Source: Methanobacteriota archaeon (GTDB lineage Archaea; Thermoplasmatota; Poseidoniia; Poseidoniales; Thalassarchaeaceae). Taken from it: a stretch of DNA of 64,000 bases. Both the position numbers and the translations under genes were made by a program. The notes below the pieces were generated by a model. That model saw nothing but the letters and a program-made list of their open reading frames with translations. It was not told the origin of the DNA and did not search any database. The stretch lies in the NCBI GenBank assembly GCA_004195715.1, contig PSPX01000005.1, forward strand, positions 200 to 64,199, written 5' to 3'. Shown piece by piece: positions 10,401-18,910 of this stretch (its first letter is position 1; each line of letters starts with the position of its first letter).

Positions 10401-10453
10401 TCGATATCCAGGCTGCTAGATGCCCTGTATGCGGAGATAACATCGCCCTCTGA
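7382..10453 (+). CDS. C-terminal continuation of the S8 protease: large extracellular region, TM anchor, cytoplasmic acidic tail with zinc ribbon
   Basis: Upstream in the same frame reads the subtilase C-terminal YGFGIVDG motif. One TM helix (FAITILLLCTVILTTLSA) followed by RGIRWMRGRR. C-terminal CPEC-x15-CPVC. Confidence 0.6.
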   Translation: MILEAMLGGDVDPGNNNTDPPPPGSGDWVVMENPEVDSWLVEGETYSARGHIDEDAETNGSIDEIAVRISYSHRPEGEPKREVVLLDWHAAQGTSNWTTPFTLPEFTEDEINVLEVIIEAQAKNEFGQWSDVVEQKHEVGLVAVTMGGPSGQSPVSGNVNVFGTWDSVNGGTVQWRLGTDTWETAQTFGGSGSSSGDWSVTWSTEDVDDGFYRLSARMASGDGIYSEEIRRTVEVDNDPPAPNLMFRTGLSVEEYGIHLTQTYVNTFLEIRTEIRNDGDLAASNLAIALYEDGSRKDEIVLPSIDSGDIIEVVLYWNPTTVGDKVVMVSLDPSDSIEELNEEDNGQTITFPVIQRPQGIDLAFREGAVRTEPVIPRPLEQFLITARVDNLGSSDATNVEATLEIHNNLGWELVSSTAISLVVGQGASQLSFAHRANQSGPLDVRITLSGSGLADLDWSNNQVETTVLVDESTLSGARAMNFDAGEVPVKIIDLDNEGIVITNNEGILSLYRLNSNRGTTACTNVLDEMWAGDIATWSTEDGWAHIVWTRRFLDSSGYFLQTLSYSAIDATCQMSPIQDLMDPLLLSDGKYWGIDIDVDDEEVLVSGYHRDMFTGGTFGDQTSVFLLHADNPTKSSDWTLTPNIIGELDLIPGAASSLDVEFGEDDGAHLLYQSTRSDSTGIERYGLWYAHGLIEQSSWTFKKAVGDEASLAVMKVQIIEGEERITAAWREGEGHESVMITIVADSSFEAIDNLTRIYPSRGLSSIVMQEVDRGVQVFFDVVGPTGPQVRFGIIDAEEGWLGLSNRLNLGNLYLMDRSPASSETVFIHTSASGWLIRAVVDDNDPNGDGGSLLDELRHALGLDEQNFNILLGGFAITILLLCTVILTTLSARGIRWMRGRRSFQATGTVLLEEDVVDVVDDTDIAVKTSEEDDVQLVELVEVNEGAEGRRGRRQKRGQITDVPELPPMPIPPPEPDVNIPEAAYRPPELQLNKPIICPECDSRFEAPLDIQAARCPVCGDNIAL

Positions 10454-10461
10454 GGCCTCAG

Positions 10462-11100
10462 ATGACGTCAATACTGCTCGCCTCAGCCTCCCAACGCCGG
10501 TACGACTGGCTATGCAGTTTCCTAACCGATGGTGAGTCCAAAATAGAGTCTCGCCCCCTAATCTCGCCGGAACCTGTTCCCTCCAATGGAGTAGACGTGA
10601 GAGTGCAGACCGAAGCCACATGCATTGCAAAGGCAAATGCCGCGGCCAGTGAGATGACGATATCAGGGGATTCTCATGATCTGGTCATCGTCGCAGACAC
10701 ACTAGTGGAAGACCCAGAGGACCCTCTCGTCGCTATGGGCAAGCCGGGCGACGTCGTCTCTGCCACTGCAATGCTGCTCAGACTGTCGGGTCGGAGGCAT
10801 CGCGTCTGGTCCTCAACAGCCCTGCTCTGGCCACCGGACAGAGGTAGGGAGGGAACCGAGACCCTGCATGGAGGATGGAGTGCAGATATCTGGACGGAGT
10901 CGGCCATCGTCGAATTCGAAGATCTATCTGCGGACACTCTAGCTGATTTGATTCTCAGCGAATCTTGGGCCGGGAAGGCGGGTGCCTACGACCTAGCCGG
11001 GGAAGCCGGCGCTAACGCAAATCTGGTAGAGGGACGCGAGGTTACCGTGCTCGGATTCGCACCTGCGGCCATCGACACGTTGCTCGAATCTCTGAACTAG
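10462..11100 (+). CDS. maf: Maf-like nucleoside triphosphate pyrophosphatase
   Basis: ILLASASQRR N-terminal motif, VIVADT block and KAGAY near the C-terminus. Confidence 0.55.
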   Translation: MTSILLASASQRRYDWLCSFLTDGESKIESRPLISPEPVPSNGVDVRVQTEATCIAKANAAASEMTISGDSHDLVIVADTLVEDPEDPLVAMGKPGDVVSATAMLLRLSGRRHRVWSSTALLWPPDRGREGTETLHGGWSADIWTESAIVEFEDLSADTLADLILSESWAGKAGAYDLAGEAGANANLVEGREVTVLGFAPAAIDTLLESLN

Positions 11101-11594
11101 ACGAAGACCACGCCACCGTGCTTGAGCACGAAGTCGCGCTGCAACTCGTCGAACCACTCCAGCATCGCCGAGTTGAAACGCACGGCGATAATCTCGGAGT
11201 CCGTCAGCAGGTCGTCCTGAATCCCCTTCAGGGTACCAGGTGCTGCCCCGCAGGATACGCAGGCCCCGTCTAAGTCTAGGATTAGTGAAAGCGCTCTACT
11301 GCCGCTATTCAACTCCTCTATTGACGCTCTCGTCACGACCAAACCCCCTCCATGTCCGTCCAAAGCCGCCCTGACAGGGCCGAGCCGTACCATCAGCGCT
11401 GGGATGAGGTCACTGTCGTCTGTCTCGAAAAGATTGACCACAGAGAGGGCTTCCAGACGGGCGATCTCCTCCGGGTCGTGAGACTCTGAAACTCTCCTCT
11501 GAGCCTCCTTCTCCATCGCCGCTTCAATCTGTGCGCGGTAGGCCTCTTCGATGGTATCGGAGACTGGAGTAGGGGTGTCTTCGTCCTCTGTCAT
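11097..11594 (-). CDS. NifU/Nfu-like Fe-S cluster scaffold protein
   Basis: GACVSCGAAPGTLKG CxxC motif of the NifU C-terminal domain. Divergent to sufCBD. Start moved to the ATG at 11594 (MTEDED). Confidence 0.45.
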   Translation of the reverse strand: MTEDEDTPTPVSDTIEEAYRAQIEAAMEKEAQRRVSESHDPEEIARLEALSVVNLFETDDSDLIPALMVRLGPVRAALDGHGGGLVVTRASIEELNSGSRALSLILDLDGACVSCGAAPGTLKGIQDDLLTDSEIIAVRFNSAMLEWFDELQRDFVLKHGGVVFV

Positions 11595-11617
11595 GATTGG
11601 CTGGAAGGGGTATCTGA

Positions 11618-11635
11618 TTTTAGGGTGACCTAAAA
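11618..11635. promoter_or_regulatory. Palindrome TTTTAGG-GTGA-CCTAAAA in the nifU-like / sufC divergent intergenic region
   Basis: Perfect 7-bp inverted arms with a 4-bp spacer, about 40 bp upstream of the sufC ATG. Confidence 0.35.
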
Positions 11636-11671
11636 ACAAAGCAGACATTCAAAAGGGGTCTGAGTTGGAAG

Positions 11672-12466
11672 ATGCCCATGGAACATGGCGAGTCTGATAT
11701 CGAGGCGCTGTTGGAGATTCGAAATCTGCATGCTGGAATCGGCGATACGCAGATACTGAAGGGTATCGACCTCAGTATTGCCCCGGGAGAAATACACGCC
11801 ATAATGGGGCGAAACGGGAGTGGCAAGACGACCGCTGCCAACATCATCATGGGACATCCCGATTTCGAGGTCGAAGAGGGTGAGGTACTGCTTTCAGGGG
11901 AGAATCTATTGGAGTTAGAACCATGGGAGAGGGCGCGTGAGGGCGTGTTCCTGTCATTCCAGTACCCTCAAGCAGTCCCTGGGCTTCAAGTCGGCAACTT
12001 CCTCAGGAAGTCTGTCGCAAGCATCAGGGGAAAAGAAGCCGCTAAGGGTGCTGATTTCAGGGGAGAGTTGAATGAGGCCATGGATACTCTCGACATACCT
12101 CGGAGCTTCCTCTCCAGATACGTCAACGACGGTTTCAGCGGCGGCGAGAAAAAGCGCTTCGAGATATTGCAGCTGCTCCTGCTCAAACCCAAGTTGGCCA
12201 TATTGGACGAGACCGACAGCGGCCTCGACATAGACGGCATCAAGACCGTCGCGGCAGGAATTAACGCCGCCGTCAGGGGAACTGACTCAGCCGCACTCAT
12301 CATCACACACTACTCGCGCATTCTTGAGCATGTCCAGCCAGATAAGATCCATGTCCTGATAGGAGGTCAGATAGTTGCCACAGGAGGTCCTGAGCTCGCT
12401 ATGCAACTAGAAGAGCGGGGTTACGAGTGGCTGGACCCGAAGGCTGAGGCGGAGGGAATAGCATAA
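11672..12466 (+). CDS. sufC: Fe-S cluster assembly ATPase SufC
   Basis: GRNGSGKTT Walker [16 protein letters not shown] signature. Followed by sufB. Confidence 0.9.
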   Translation: MPMEHGESDIEALLEIRNLHAGIGDTQILKGIDLSIAPGEIHAIMGRNGSGKTTAANIIMGHPDFEVEEGEVLLSGENLLELEPWERAREGVFLSFQYPQAVPGLQVGNFLRKSVASIRGKEAAKGADFRGELNEAMDTLDIPRSFLSRYVNDGFSGGEKKRFEILQLLLLKPKLAILDETDSGLDIDGIKTVAAGINAAVRGTDSAALIITHYSRILEHVQPDKIHVLIGGQIVATGGPELAMQLEERGYEWLDPKAEAEGIA

Positions 12467-13878
12467 TGCCAGCCAACCAGGTAGCACAGGAGGCCGTCGG
12501 AGATTACAAGGCCGGATGGCACGACCCGGAGAACTCCTCAATCCGCTTCGACTTTGGACTCTCCGAGCAGGTCGTCAGAGAAATCTCGGCGATCAAGGAG
12601 GAGCCGCAGTGGATGACCGACATCCGTGTCAAGGCGTTCCACCACTTCATGGAGCGCCCGATGCCCACATGGGGTTCCACCGAGTTGCTCAACTCGATTA
12701 AGTTCGATGAGATCTGCTACTTTCTACGCTCGGGCGAAGGCACGGAGAATGACTGGGATGATGTTCCCGAGGCCATCCGGAACACCTTCGACAAACTGGG
12801 CATACCTGAGGCCGAGCAGAAGTGGCTCTCGGGGGTGACAGCACAGTACGAGTCGGAGGCTGTCTACCACAGTATCCGCGAGGACCTCGAGAAGCAGGGC
12901 GTCATCTTCCTCGACATGGATAGTGGCCTCCGTGAGCATGAGGACATCGTGAAGAAATACTTCTGCAGCATCATCCCCTACCAAGACAACAAGTTTAGCG
13001 CGCTCAACACTGCCGTATGGTCGGGAGGCTCGTTCATCTACGTCCCCAAGGGGGTTCACGTCGAGATGCCGGTGCAGGCCTACTTCCGCATCAACGCCAA
13101 GAACATGGGTCAGTTCGAACGCACGCTGATAATCGCCGACGAAGGCTCGTCGATCCACTACGTTGAGGGCTGCACTGCCCCCACCTACTCTACCGATTCA
13201 CTGCACAGTGCCGTCGTTGAGCTCATTGCGATGCCCGGTGCATACATCCGCTACACCACAATCCAGAACTGGTCGAACAATGTCTACAACCTAGTCACCA
13301 AGCGAGGCATCGCACACGAGAACTCGACTATCGAATGGGTCGACGGCAACATCGGATCGAAGTTGACGATGAAGTACCCAGCAGTGATTCTCAAGGGAGA
13401 GGGGTCTCACGCCGAAGTCATTTCCGTAGCCTACGCAGGCGAAGGAATGCATCAGGACGCCGGGGCGAAGGTGCATCATCTAGCGTCGAACACCACCAGT
13501 AAGATCCTCTCCAAGAGCATCACCAAGAATGGCGGCCGCGGGAGCTACCGAGGTTTGGTGTCGGTGAGCAAGAAGGCAGAAAACTGCAAGGTGAACGTCG
13601 TCTGTGACGCACTCATTCTCGACGAGCAAAGCCGATCAGACACCTATCCTACGATGGAGATCAAGAACCCCTCCTGCCGATGCGAACACGAAGCATCGGT
13701 CAGCAAGGTGAGTGACGACCAGTTGTTCTACCTGATGAGCCGCGGCCACTCAGAAGACGAGGCGCTCGCAATGATAGTCAATGGGTTCTTCGAGCCATTC
13801 GTCCGTGAACTACCGATGGAATACGCAGTCGAGCTCAACCAGCTGATGGCCCTCGAGATGGAAGGCAGCATAGGCTGA
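12466..13878 (+). CDS. sufB: Fe-S cluster assembly protein SufB
   Basis: 470 aa of typical SufB length. Conserved C-terminal beta-helix region ([20 protein letters not shown]...GRGSYRGLV). Confidence 0.85.
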   Translation: MPANQVAQEAVGDYKAGWHDPENSSIRFDFGLSEQVVREISAIKEEPQWMTDIRVKAFHHFMERPMPTWGSTELLNSIKFDEICYFLRSGEGTENDWDDVPEAIRNTFDKLGIPEAEQKWLSGVTAQYESEAVYHSIREDLEKQGVIFLDMDSGLREHEDIVKKYFCSIIPYQDNKFSALNTAVWSGGSFIYVPKGVHVEMPVQAYFRINAKNMGQFERTLIIADEGSSIHYVEGCTAPTYSTDSLHSAVVELIAMPGAYIRYTTIQNWSNNVYNLVTKRGIAHENSTIEWVDGNIGSKLTMKYPAVILKGEGSHAEVISVAYAGEGMHQDAGAKVHHLASNTTSKILSKSITKNGGRGSYRGLVSVSKKAENCKVNVVCDALILDEQSRSDTYPTMEIKNPSCRCEHEASVSKVSDDQLFYLMSRGHSEDEALAMIVNGFFEPFVRELPMEYAVELNQLMALEMEGSIG

Positions 13879-13892
13879 TTCGGGGTGAGCCA

Positions 13893-14996
13893 TTGGATTC
13901 CACCGCAGAGTACCTGTCTCTCGACGAGCCCACTAGGTCCAGCCATCTCTGGAAATATACGCCATGGCGCAGGATTCACCCCACCGGTGACATCACCAGC
14001 ATCCCTGATGTTGGAACGCCCCGACTCAGGCTCGTCGGCCTTGATGGAGGCGATGCTCCAGAGGGGATACGACTGGAGAAAGGGGTGATGTCTGTGTCAG
14101 GACTTCCGGAGGGCGATGTGGTCACGGGTTCATTCATGCAGGCAGCCTCGGCGAGTTCACAGTGGATCCTCCGCATCGAGCCCGGCTTCTCCTCGCAAGA
14201 TCCTGTGATTCTCGACATCGATGTGAAGGGTTCGTCATCGATCCTGCATCTCTCACTCGATGTGGGACGATTGTCCGAGTTGGAGTTGATTACGCGGGTG
14301 AGGGGTTCTGGCAAGTGGTTCGGTCTTCTGCGTACCGGGGAAATCGGAGCCGGGGCCGTCCTCAATGACGTGGTCGTCTGCCTGCAGGACGAGGGTACTT
14401 TGCTCCGTGTCGATTCGATAGCAATCGGCAGGGACGCGCAGGTGCGCGCAGGGACTGTCTCTTCTGGCTCCGAGCGGACCAAGGCGGACCTGCGTTACAG
14501 GATGGGGGAGCCGGGGGGCAACCTCAGGGTTCTCGGGTCGATACTCTCCGTGGACTCGATGCACATAGACCACCATGTGGAGATACACCACGATGCCCCC
14601 GAAACTTTCAGCCGGCTCACATGGAACTCAGCGTGCGGAGGAGATAGCAGGACTGTCGGGACAGGGATGCTCAGGGTTGCCGATGGCTCACGTGGGGCAG
14701 ATGCCGCTCAGATCTTCCACAACCTGTTGCTCTCGGCTGATGCCGAAGCAGACTCTATCCCTGAACTTGAAGTACGGGAGCACGAGGTAGTCGGTTGTGG
14801 ACACGGTACGGCCAACGGGCCGATAGACGAGGACCAAGTCTTCTACCTTGAGTCTAGGGGCTTCGACCCCTCTGAGGCCAAAAGCACTCTGATTGCAGCC
14901 TTCCTCAACTCCACTCTCTCCGAAATGGGAAGCGATTCACTGCATGACTGGTTGGTCGGGCTCCTGAACTCAGAGTTGCGCACCCCGGATGCCTGA
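13893..14996 (+). CDS. sufD: Fe-S cluster assembly protein SufD
   Basis: Paralogous to SufB in its C-terminal half. Operon position directly after sufB. Confidence 0.7.
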   Translation: MDSTAEYLSLDEPTRSSHLWKYTPWRRIHPTGDITSIPDVGTPRLRLVGLDGGDAPEGIRLEKGVMSVSGLPEGDVVTGSFMQAASASSQWILRIEPGFSSQDPVILDIDVKGSSSILHLSLDVGRLSELELITRVRGSGKWFGLLRTGEIGAGAVLNDVVVCLQDEGTLLRVDSIAIGRDAQVRAGTVSSGSERTKADLRYRMGEPGGNLRVLGSILSVDSMHIDHHVEIHHDAPETFSRLTWNSACGGDSRTVGTGMLRVADGSRGADAAQIFHNLLLSADAEADSIPELEVREHEVVGCGHGTANGPIDEDQVFYLESRGFDPSEAKSTLIAAFLNSTLSEMGSDSLHDWLVGLLNSELRTPDA

Positions 14997-15036
14997 GGGC
15001 AGTAATTAATTTGAACCGGGCTAAGAAGTCCGGCTC

Positions 15037-15195
15037 ATGGATGTTGATTACTGCGAAGACATCACGTGCCAATGCGGTTTCAGAGGCAGGGCCATCCCCA
15101 TGCGCCAACACATGGAGTGTCCGCGTTGCTACAGAGTGGTTGAGGCGTGCTGCGAGGGAGTTCCTGAGTACGCTTATGCTGAGCGGTCCCTGTAA
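15037..15195 (+). CDS. Unannotated small Cys-rich putative zinc-binding protein (52 aa)
   Basis: ATG 15037 to TAA 15193-15195 gives MDVDYCEDITCQCGFRGRAIPMRQHMECPRCYRVVEACCEGVPEYAYAERSL. GC3 is about 67%, like the genome. TAATTAATTT box at 15003-15012 lies about 26-30 bp upstream of the ATG, the leaderless geometry. Confidence 0.3.
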   Translation: MDVDYCEDITCQCGFRGRAIPMRQHMECPRCYRVVEACCEGVPEYAYAERSL

Positions 15196-16025
15196 CCTGA
15201 CAGGAGCGTGGTCATCAGAAGTCCCGCTGCGGCACCGAAAGTCATCCCCTGCGATTCCATCCCCGTTCCTGCTAGGTCCCTGAAAGCGAGAGTCATGGCA
15301 CCAGTCATTGGGACCACGAAAACCGCGAATCGTCCTAGCCACTGCTTGGGGGTGGGGGCTCTGCCCATCGGCCTGAGTGTGACCGAGCTCGACTTCTGTA
15401 TCACCTGCCACTCGGCACTCTGCGCCCCGACCTTCAGCCGCTGCATCACAGCAGGCCTGATTCCAGGGTCTGCTGACCCCGGGTGAGTGCTCTCTCCTCT
15501 GCCTGTGACCAACTTCAGTCGGCCGAGGTCTGATCTGCGCTCAAGCAGCCTGTCCGTCAGAGCGGCCGCAGAAGGGGCGTCGAGTCCGTGCAGGTCCACC
15601 ACCAATACACCCCTGTCTCTCCTTACCTTCTCCTCAACTGACCAAGACTGTTTAGCCCAGATAGTATCTCTTTCCCCTATTAGAGCAAGTATTGCCCTGA
15701 CCCTCATGACTTCCTGTTCCTTGATGGCCCCGGGATCCTTGCCTGATCGAGACGTCTCAAGCAGTCTATAGTACGCGAAAGTGGTCACGACTACAGCTGC
15801 CGCAAACCCGACCACGAGACCGGAGCGCAGGGAGCTCATGACCTCTGGACTGTCCAACCCGCTGAGGAAGATTGCGACGAACGTCGCCATAACCGCAACC
15901 ATGGACCCGATCACTATGCCAAGCCATACCGCATCTCGGTAGTTCAGGTCGCCCATACAGAGCGGAGTGAGTGCTTGCTCAAAAGAGTGCAAGGGTATCG
16001 AAAATGACTGTATGACATAGTTCAT
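15174..16025 (-). CDS. Membrane protein with C-terminal Smr (small MutS-related) domain
   Basis: N-terminal TM helices. C-terminal LVVDLHGL ... KLVTGRGESTHPG matches the Smr DLHG / TGRG motifs. Confidence 0.5.
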   Translation of the reverse strand: MNYVIQSFSIPLHSFEQALTPLCMGDLNYRDAVWLGIVIGSMVAVMATFVAIFLSGLDSPEVMSSLRSGLVVGFAAAVVVTTFAYYRLLETSRSGKDPGAIKEQEVMRVRAILALIGERDTIWAKQSWSVEEKVRRDRGVLVVDLHGLDAPSAAALTDRLLERRSDLGRLKLVTGRGESTHPGSADPGIRPAVMQRLKVGAQSAEWQVIQKSSSVTLRPMGRAPTPKQWLGRFAVFVVPMTGAMTLAFRDLAGTGMESQGMTFGAAAGLLMTTLLSGYRDRSA

Positions 16026-16049
16026 CAGTATGTCTTCGATGCGAGAGAC

Positions 16050-16799
16050 GTGTCGTCGCTAGCCAATGGACTGAGTGACAGAACTAGGGAAATGAGTGTT
16101 AGTAGGGTCGTAGCGGCAATAACCGGAGGGTATCTGCTGCTGTGCTTCATCGCTCCAGTGATGATACTCGAGGGAACTGTTCCAGAGCTCTCCGGCAGGG
16201 CCAACGCCATGGACTACGCCACAGATAGCAGTTGGGGCAATCGGGACCACGGTGAAGATTCAGCTCTGGGTCATGATCAATCGGCGCACGGAGGAACTTT
16301 CTCTTGGACCGAACTTAACCCAGTATGGGCCTTCGTTTACGGCTTTGGGGACTTGAACTGCCATCAGAAGCATGAGCGGTCTTGGGAGATTAACGGTAAC
16401 CAGATGCCGGTGTGCACGCGGGATGTCGGAATATTTCTCGGCTTGGCTATCGGAGCCGCGCTGTTCGGTTGGCGCGGGCTCAATCGCTGGACCATTCGGG
16501 ACAGTTTTCTCTCGGTGTTCCCCGATGGCAGACTAGAATCCATCTACCTAGACGACCGGAGGATGCTGGCCGTGCTGGCCATAATCGGTATCGGACTTGT
16601 GCCGATGGCTGTCGACGGCTTCACGCAGATGCTCACTGAGTATGAGTCCAACAACCCCCTCAGAGTGATAACCGGACTCACCGCTGGTATAGTCTTAGGA
16701 TGGTGGTTCTCCGCAGCGTTGTGTGCCAGAACGAAGTACTTCGATGATGACTCTGCTTCAGTCCTGCTGCCGGCAAATGCAAGGCTGATAATGAAGTGA
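16050..16799 (+). CDS. DUF2085-family membrane protein
   Basis: CHQKHERSW...PVCTRDVGIFLG block resembles the DUF2085 CHQ..ERSF...PvCaRC.Giy.G signature. Multiple TM helices. Confidence 0.5.
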   Translation: MSSLANGLSDRTREMSVSRVVAAITGGYLLLCFIAPVMILEGTVPELSGRANAMDYATDSSWGNRDHGEDSALGHDQSAHGGTFSWTELNPVWAFVYGFGDLNCHQKHERSWEINGNQMPVCTRDVGIFLGLAIGAALFGWRGLNRWTIRDSFLSVFPDGRLESIYLDDRRMLAVLAIIGIGLVPMAVDGFTQMLTEYESNNPLRVITGLTAGIVLGWWFSAALCARTKYFDDDSASVLLPANARLIMK

Positions 16800-16805
16800 T
16801 TATCC

Positions 16806-18152
16806 CTACTTACCCTGCCACCAAGATACGAGGCCGCTCGCTCCAGCAGGAAGAGGGGAGTTTTTCGTTCCTGATCTCAACAGCGCTATCCTCTCCAGTG
16901 AATCCCTAACCGCGGACGGATGCTCGCCCGACCTGACGATTTGGCCCATCGCGAACCTGAGATGAGTCTCGGGATTATCTGACATCCATCGGAGAATCGC
17001 ATCTCTTAGTGGCCAGATGGCGAGTATCGTCACTCCCAACATGCGATAACGCTGCTTCAAGTGAGACCTCGGAGCGTCCCTGCCCACGAGTGCCTTGTGC
17101 TTGTGCACCCAATCGGTTCGCTCGTGGAGGAACTTGACTATCCTCTGAGTGTGGCGCTCGGAGACAGCTCTCACCGGCCCGAGTGCCTGGCGCAGTTCGG
17201 AGATATCGGCTGAAGGCAACAGGGCGAGTGTGCCGCATATCGAAGACATGGAATGGGAAAAGATGCTGAGAGGCACATCGACCCTAGATTCCTCGCTTAT
17301 CTCCTCCAGTACAGTATCGTGCTCCGATTGGGCGTCCCTGAGAATCCGCCATGGCGCCGTGCCGTCGGGCCAATTCAAACTCTCGCTGAACGGTTCCACT
17401 CCGATTCCAGAGAGTGTGGTCTGTCCCTTTGAGGCCCTCAACAACTTGCGCAGGAAGTTTCTCTCGACGACCTCCATCCTGACATTTAGCGGCTTTGGCC
17501 TAGAGTGTACGAACTTCCTTATCCTGCGGGTCAGTTCGTGTCGGAACTCCCGTTCGGTCCCCTCGTTCAGAATGGGTCCAATCACCGCGCCCATGTCGAA
17601 CGGCGTGGGCATCTCTATCTCACCGGATAGCAACGAAGTGTAACCTTCTCTGATTCTCTGTTGCAGTTCGGAGGTTTCGAAGTACTCTTCCTTCTCAGTT
17701 AACGCTCTCAGTGTGCCTCGTTTGATTCTCCTCAGTGCCACCTCGGGGTCGCAGTCAACCCAGATGCAGAGATCAGGGACCAGTGCCGCCGAGTTCATGT
17801 GCGCCACTCTGTCGACACCGAGCCCTCCCACAACTCCTTGGTATACCAACGAAGAGTGGATGTTCCTCTCGCTAACCACTGCCCTACCCTCCTCCAGACG
17901 GGGCAGTATCCAGCCGTGCGAGTGGTCGACCCTATCGGCGGCGAACAGTCCGGCCTCCTGCCCGGGAGTCATCGTCTGCTTGCGGACCGACTCGATGGCT
18001 AGACGGCCTAGAGGGTGCTCCCTACGCGGCTCTCCGGTGGCCTCGACAGAAGTGAACGAGAACTCCTTGCTCAGCACTTCCGAAATCACCTTCGTAGCGA
18101 GGCCCTTGCCGCTGCCATCGCCTCCTTCGATAGTAATCAGATACACTAGCAA
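16806..18152 (-). CDS. tmk: Thymidylate kinase fused to a roughly 230-aa C-terminal domain of unknown function
   Basis: P-loop IEGGDGSGKG, TGEPRREHPLG, and AADRV...DR-like ...SSLVYQG blocks in the first 215 aa. No recognisable motif in residues 216-448. Confidence 0.65.
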   Translation of the reverse strand: MLVYLITIEGGDGSGKGLATKVISEVLSKEFSFTSVEATGEPRREHPLGRLAIESVRKQTMTPGQEAGLFAADRVDHSHGWILPRLEEGRAVVSERNIHSSLVYQGVVGGLGVDRVAHMNSAALVPDLCIWVDCDPEVALRRIKRGTLRALTEKEEYFETSELQQRIREGYTSLLSGEIEMPTPFDMGAVIGPILNEGTEREFRHELTRRIRKFVHSRPKPLNVRMEVVERNFLRKLLRASKGQTTLSGIGVEPFSESLNWPDGTAPWRILRDAQSEHDTVLEEISEESRVDVPLSIFSHSMSSICGTLALLPSADISELRQALGPVRAVSERHTQRIVKFLHERTDWVHKHKALVGRDAPRSHLKQRYRMLGVTILAIWPLRDAILRWMSDNPETHLRFAMGQIVRSGEHPSAVRDSLERIALLRSGTKNSPLPAGASGLVSWWQGK

Positions 18153-18160
18153 ACCTCAAG

Positions 18161-18910
18161 TTATTCCTCTGTGTGATCGGTGAACTGATCCCTTGCGAGA
18201 TGGGCCATGCCCATCCCCAATAGAATGAACATAGGACCTATGAACAGCATGCCTCGGCTCCAGAGTCCGAAAAACGACAGCCACCAAGTTCGCTGGTAGC
18301 GGTCGCCTCGGTAAGCCTCGAGACCTCCTACCATGCCAGCCAGCCCGGCCAAAAGGGTGAGGGCTGCTATGGTGGAGCCGATTAGTACCGACTCACTGAG
18401 ATGGCTCTCTCCGGACATATCGTACTCGTCGAGTCCGTCGCCATGCATCAGTGAGACGGAGATCTGCGCGTGGTCACCCGGTACGAGGATGATTCTGACG
18501 GTTCGATTCCCAGGATGATCAACTAGCAAGGTGGATGTCCGTCTGGGCACGTCATCTATTGAAAACCGACCTCCAGAGTCAGTGAAATCGTGACTGATCT
18601 CAAGTTCATCGGAATCGAGAATGCTCACTCTGACTCCCTCTACTGGTTCGCCTCCTGTGGTGCTGTCCTCTAGTGCGGTAATGACGATTCCGTCGACATC
18701 AGCCAACCCGTCCGAACCATCCAATTGCCCTGCTAGGATCTCACCCACATTCGTCGAGATTAGGGCGACTCCGAGAAGGACTCCGAGAAGGCTCCCGACG
18801 AATATCATCAGCGCCCCAGCCAGTCTGGTAGTAGAGTCTACAGAGAGATCGTGCAGCCACAGTTCCATGGCACTGTAATCCTCGAACTCGTCGCCGTTCG
18901 CCTCACTCAC
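18161..18910 (-). CDS. Membrane protein with extracytoplasmic beta-rich (CarbopepD_reg-like) segment
   Basis: One TM, then GGEPVEGVRVSILDSDELEISHDFTDSGGRFSID, then two TM helices. Overlaps neighbours by 4-8 nt, so operonic. Confidence 0.4.
   Translation of the reverse strand: MSEANGDEFEDYSAMELWLHDLSVDSTTRLAGALMIFVGSLLGVLLGVALISTNVGEILAGQLDGSDGLADVDGIVITALEDSTTGGEPVEGVRVSILDSDELEISHDFTDSGGRFSIDDVPRRTSTLLVDHPGNRTVRIILVPGDHAQISVSLMHGDGLDEYDMSGESHLSESVLIGSTIAALTLLAGLAGMVGGLEAYRGDRYQRTWWLSFFGLWSRGMLFIGPMFILLGMGMAHLARDQFTDHTEE

Noticed and set aside
15011-15283. 90-aa plus-strand ORF in the sufD / Smr gap
   Set aside because: It is low complexity and overlaps the Smr gene extensively. The alternative 52-codon Cys-rich frame (15037-15195) has better coding features, so this ORF is less convincing.
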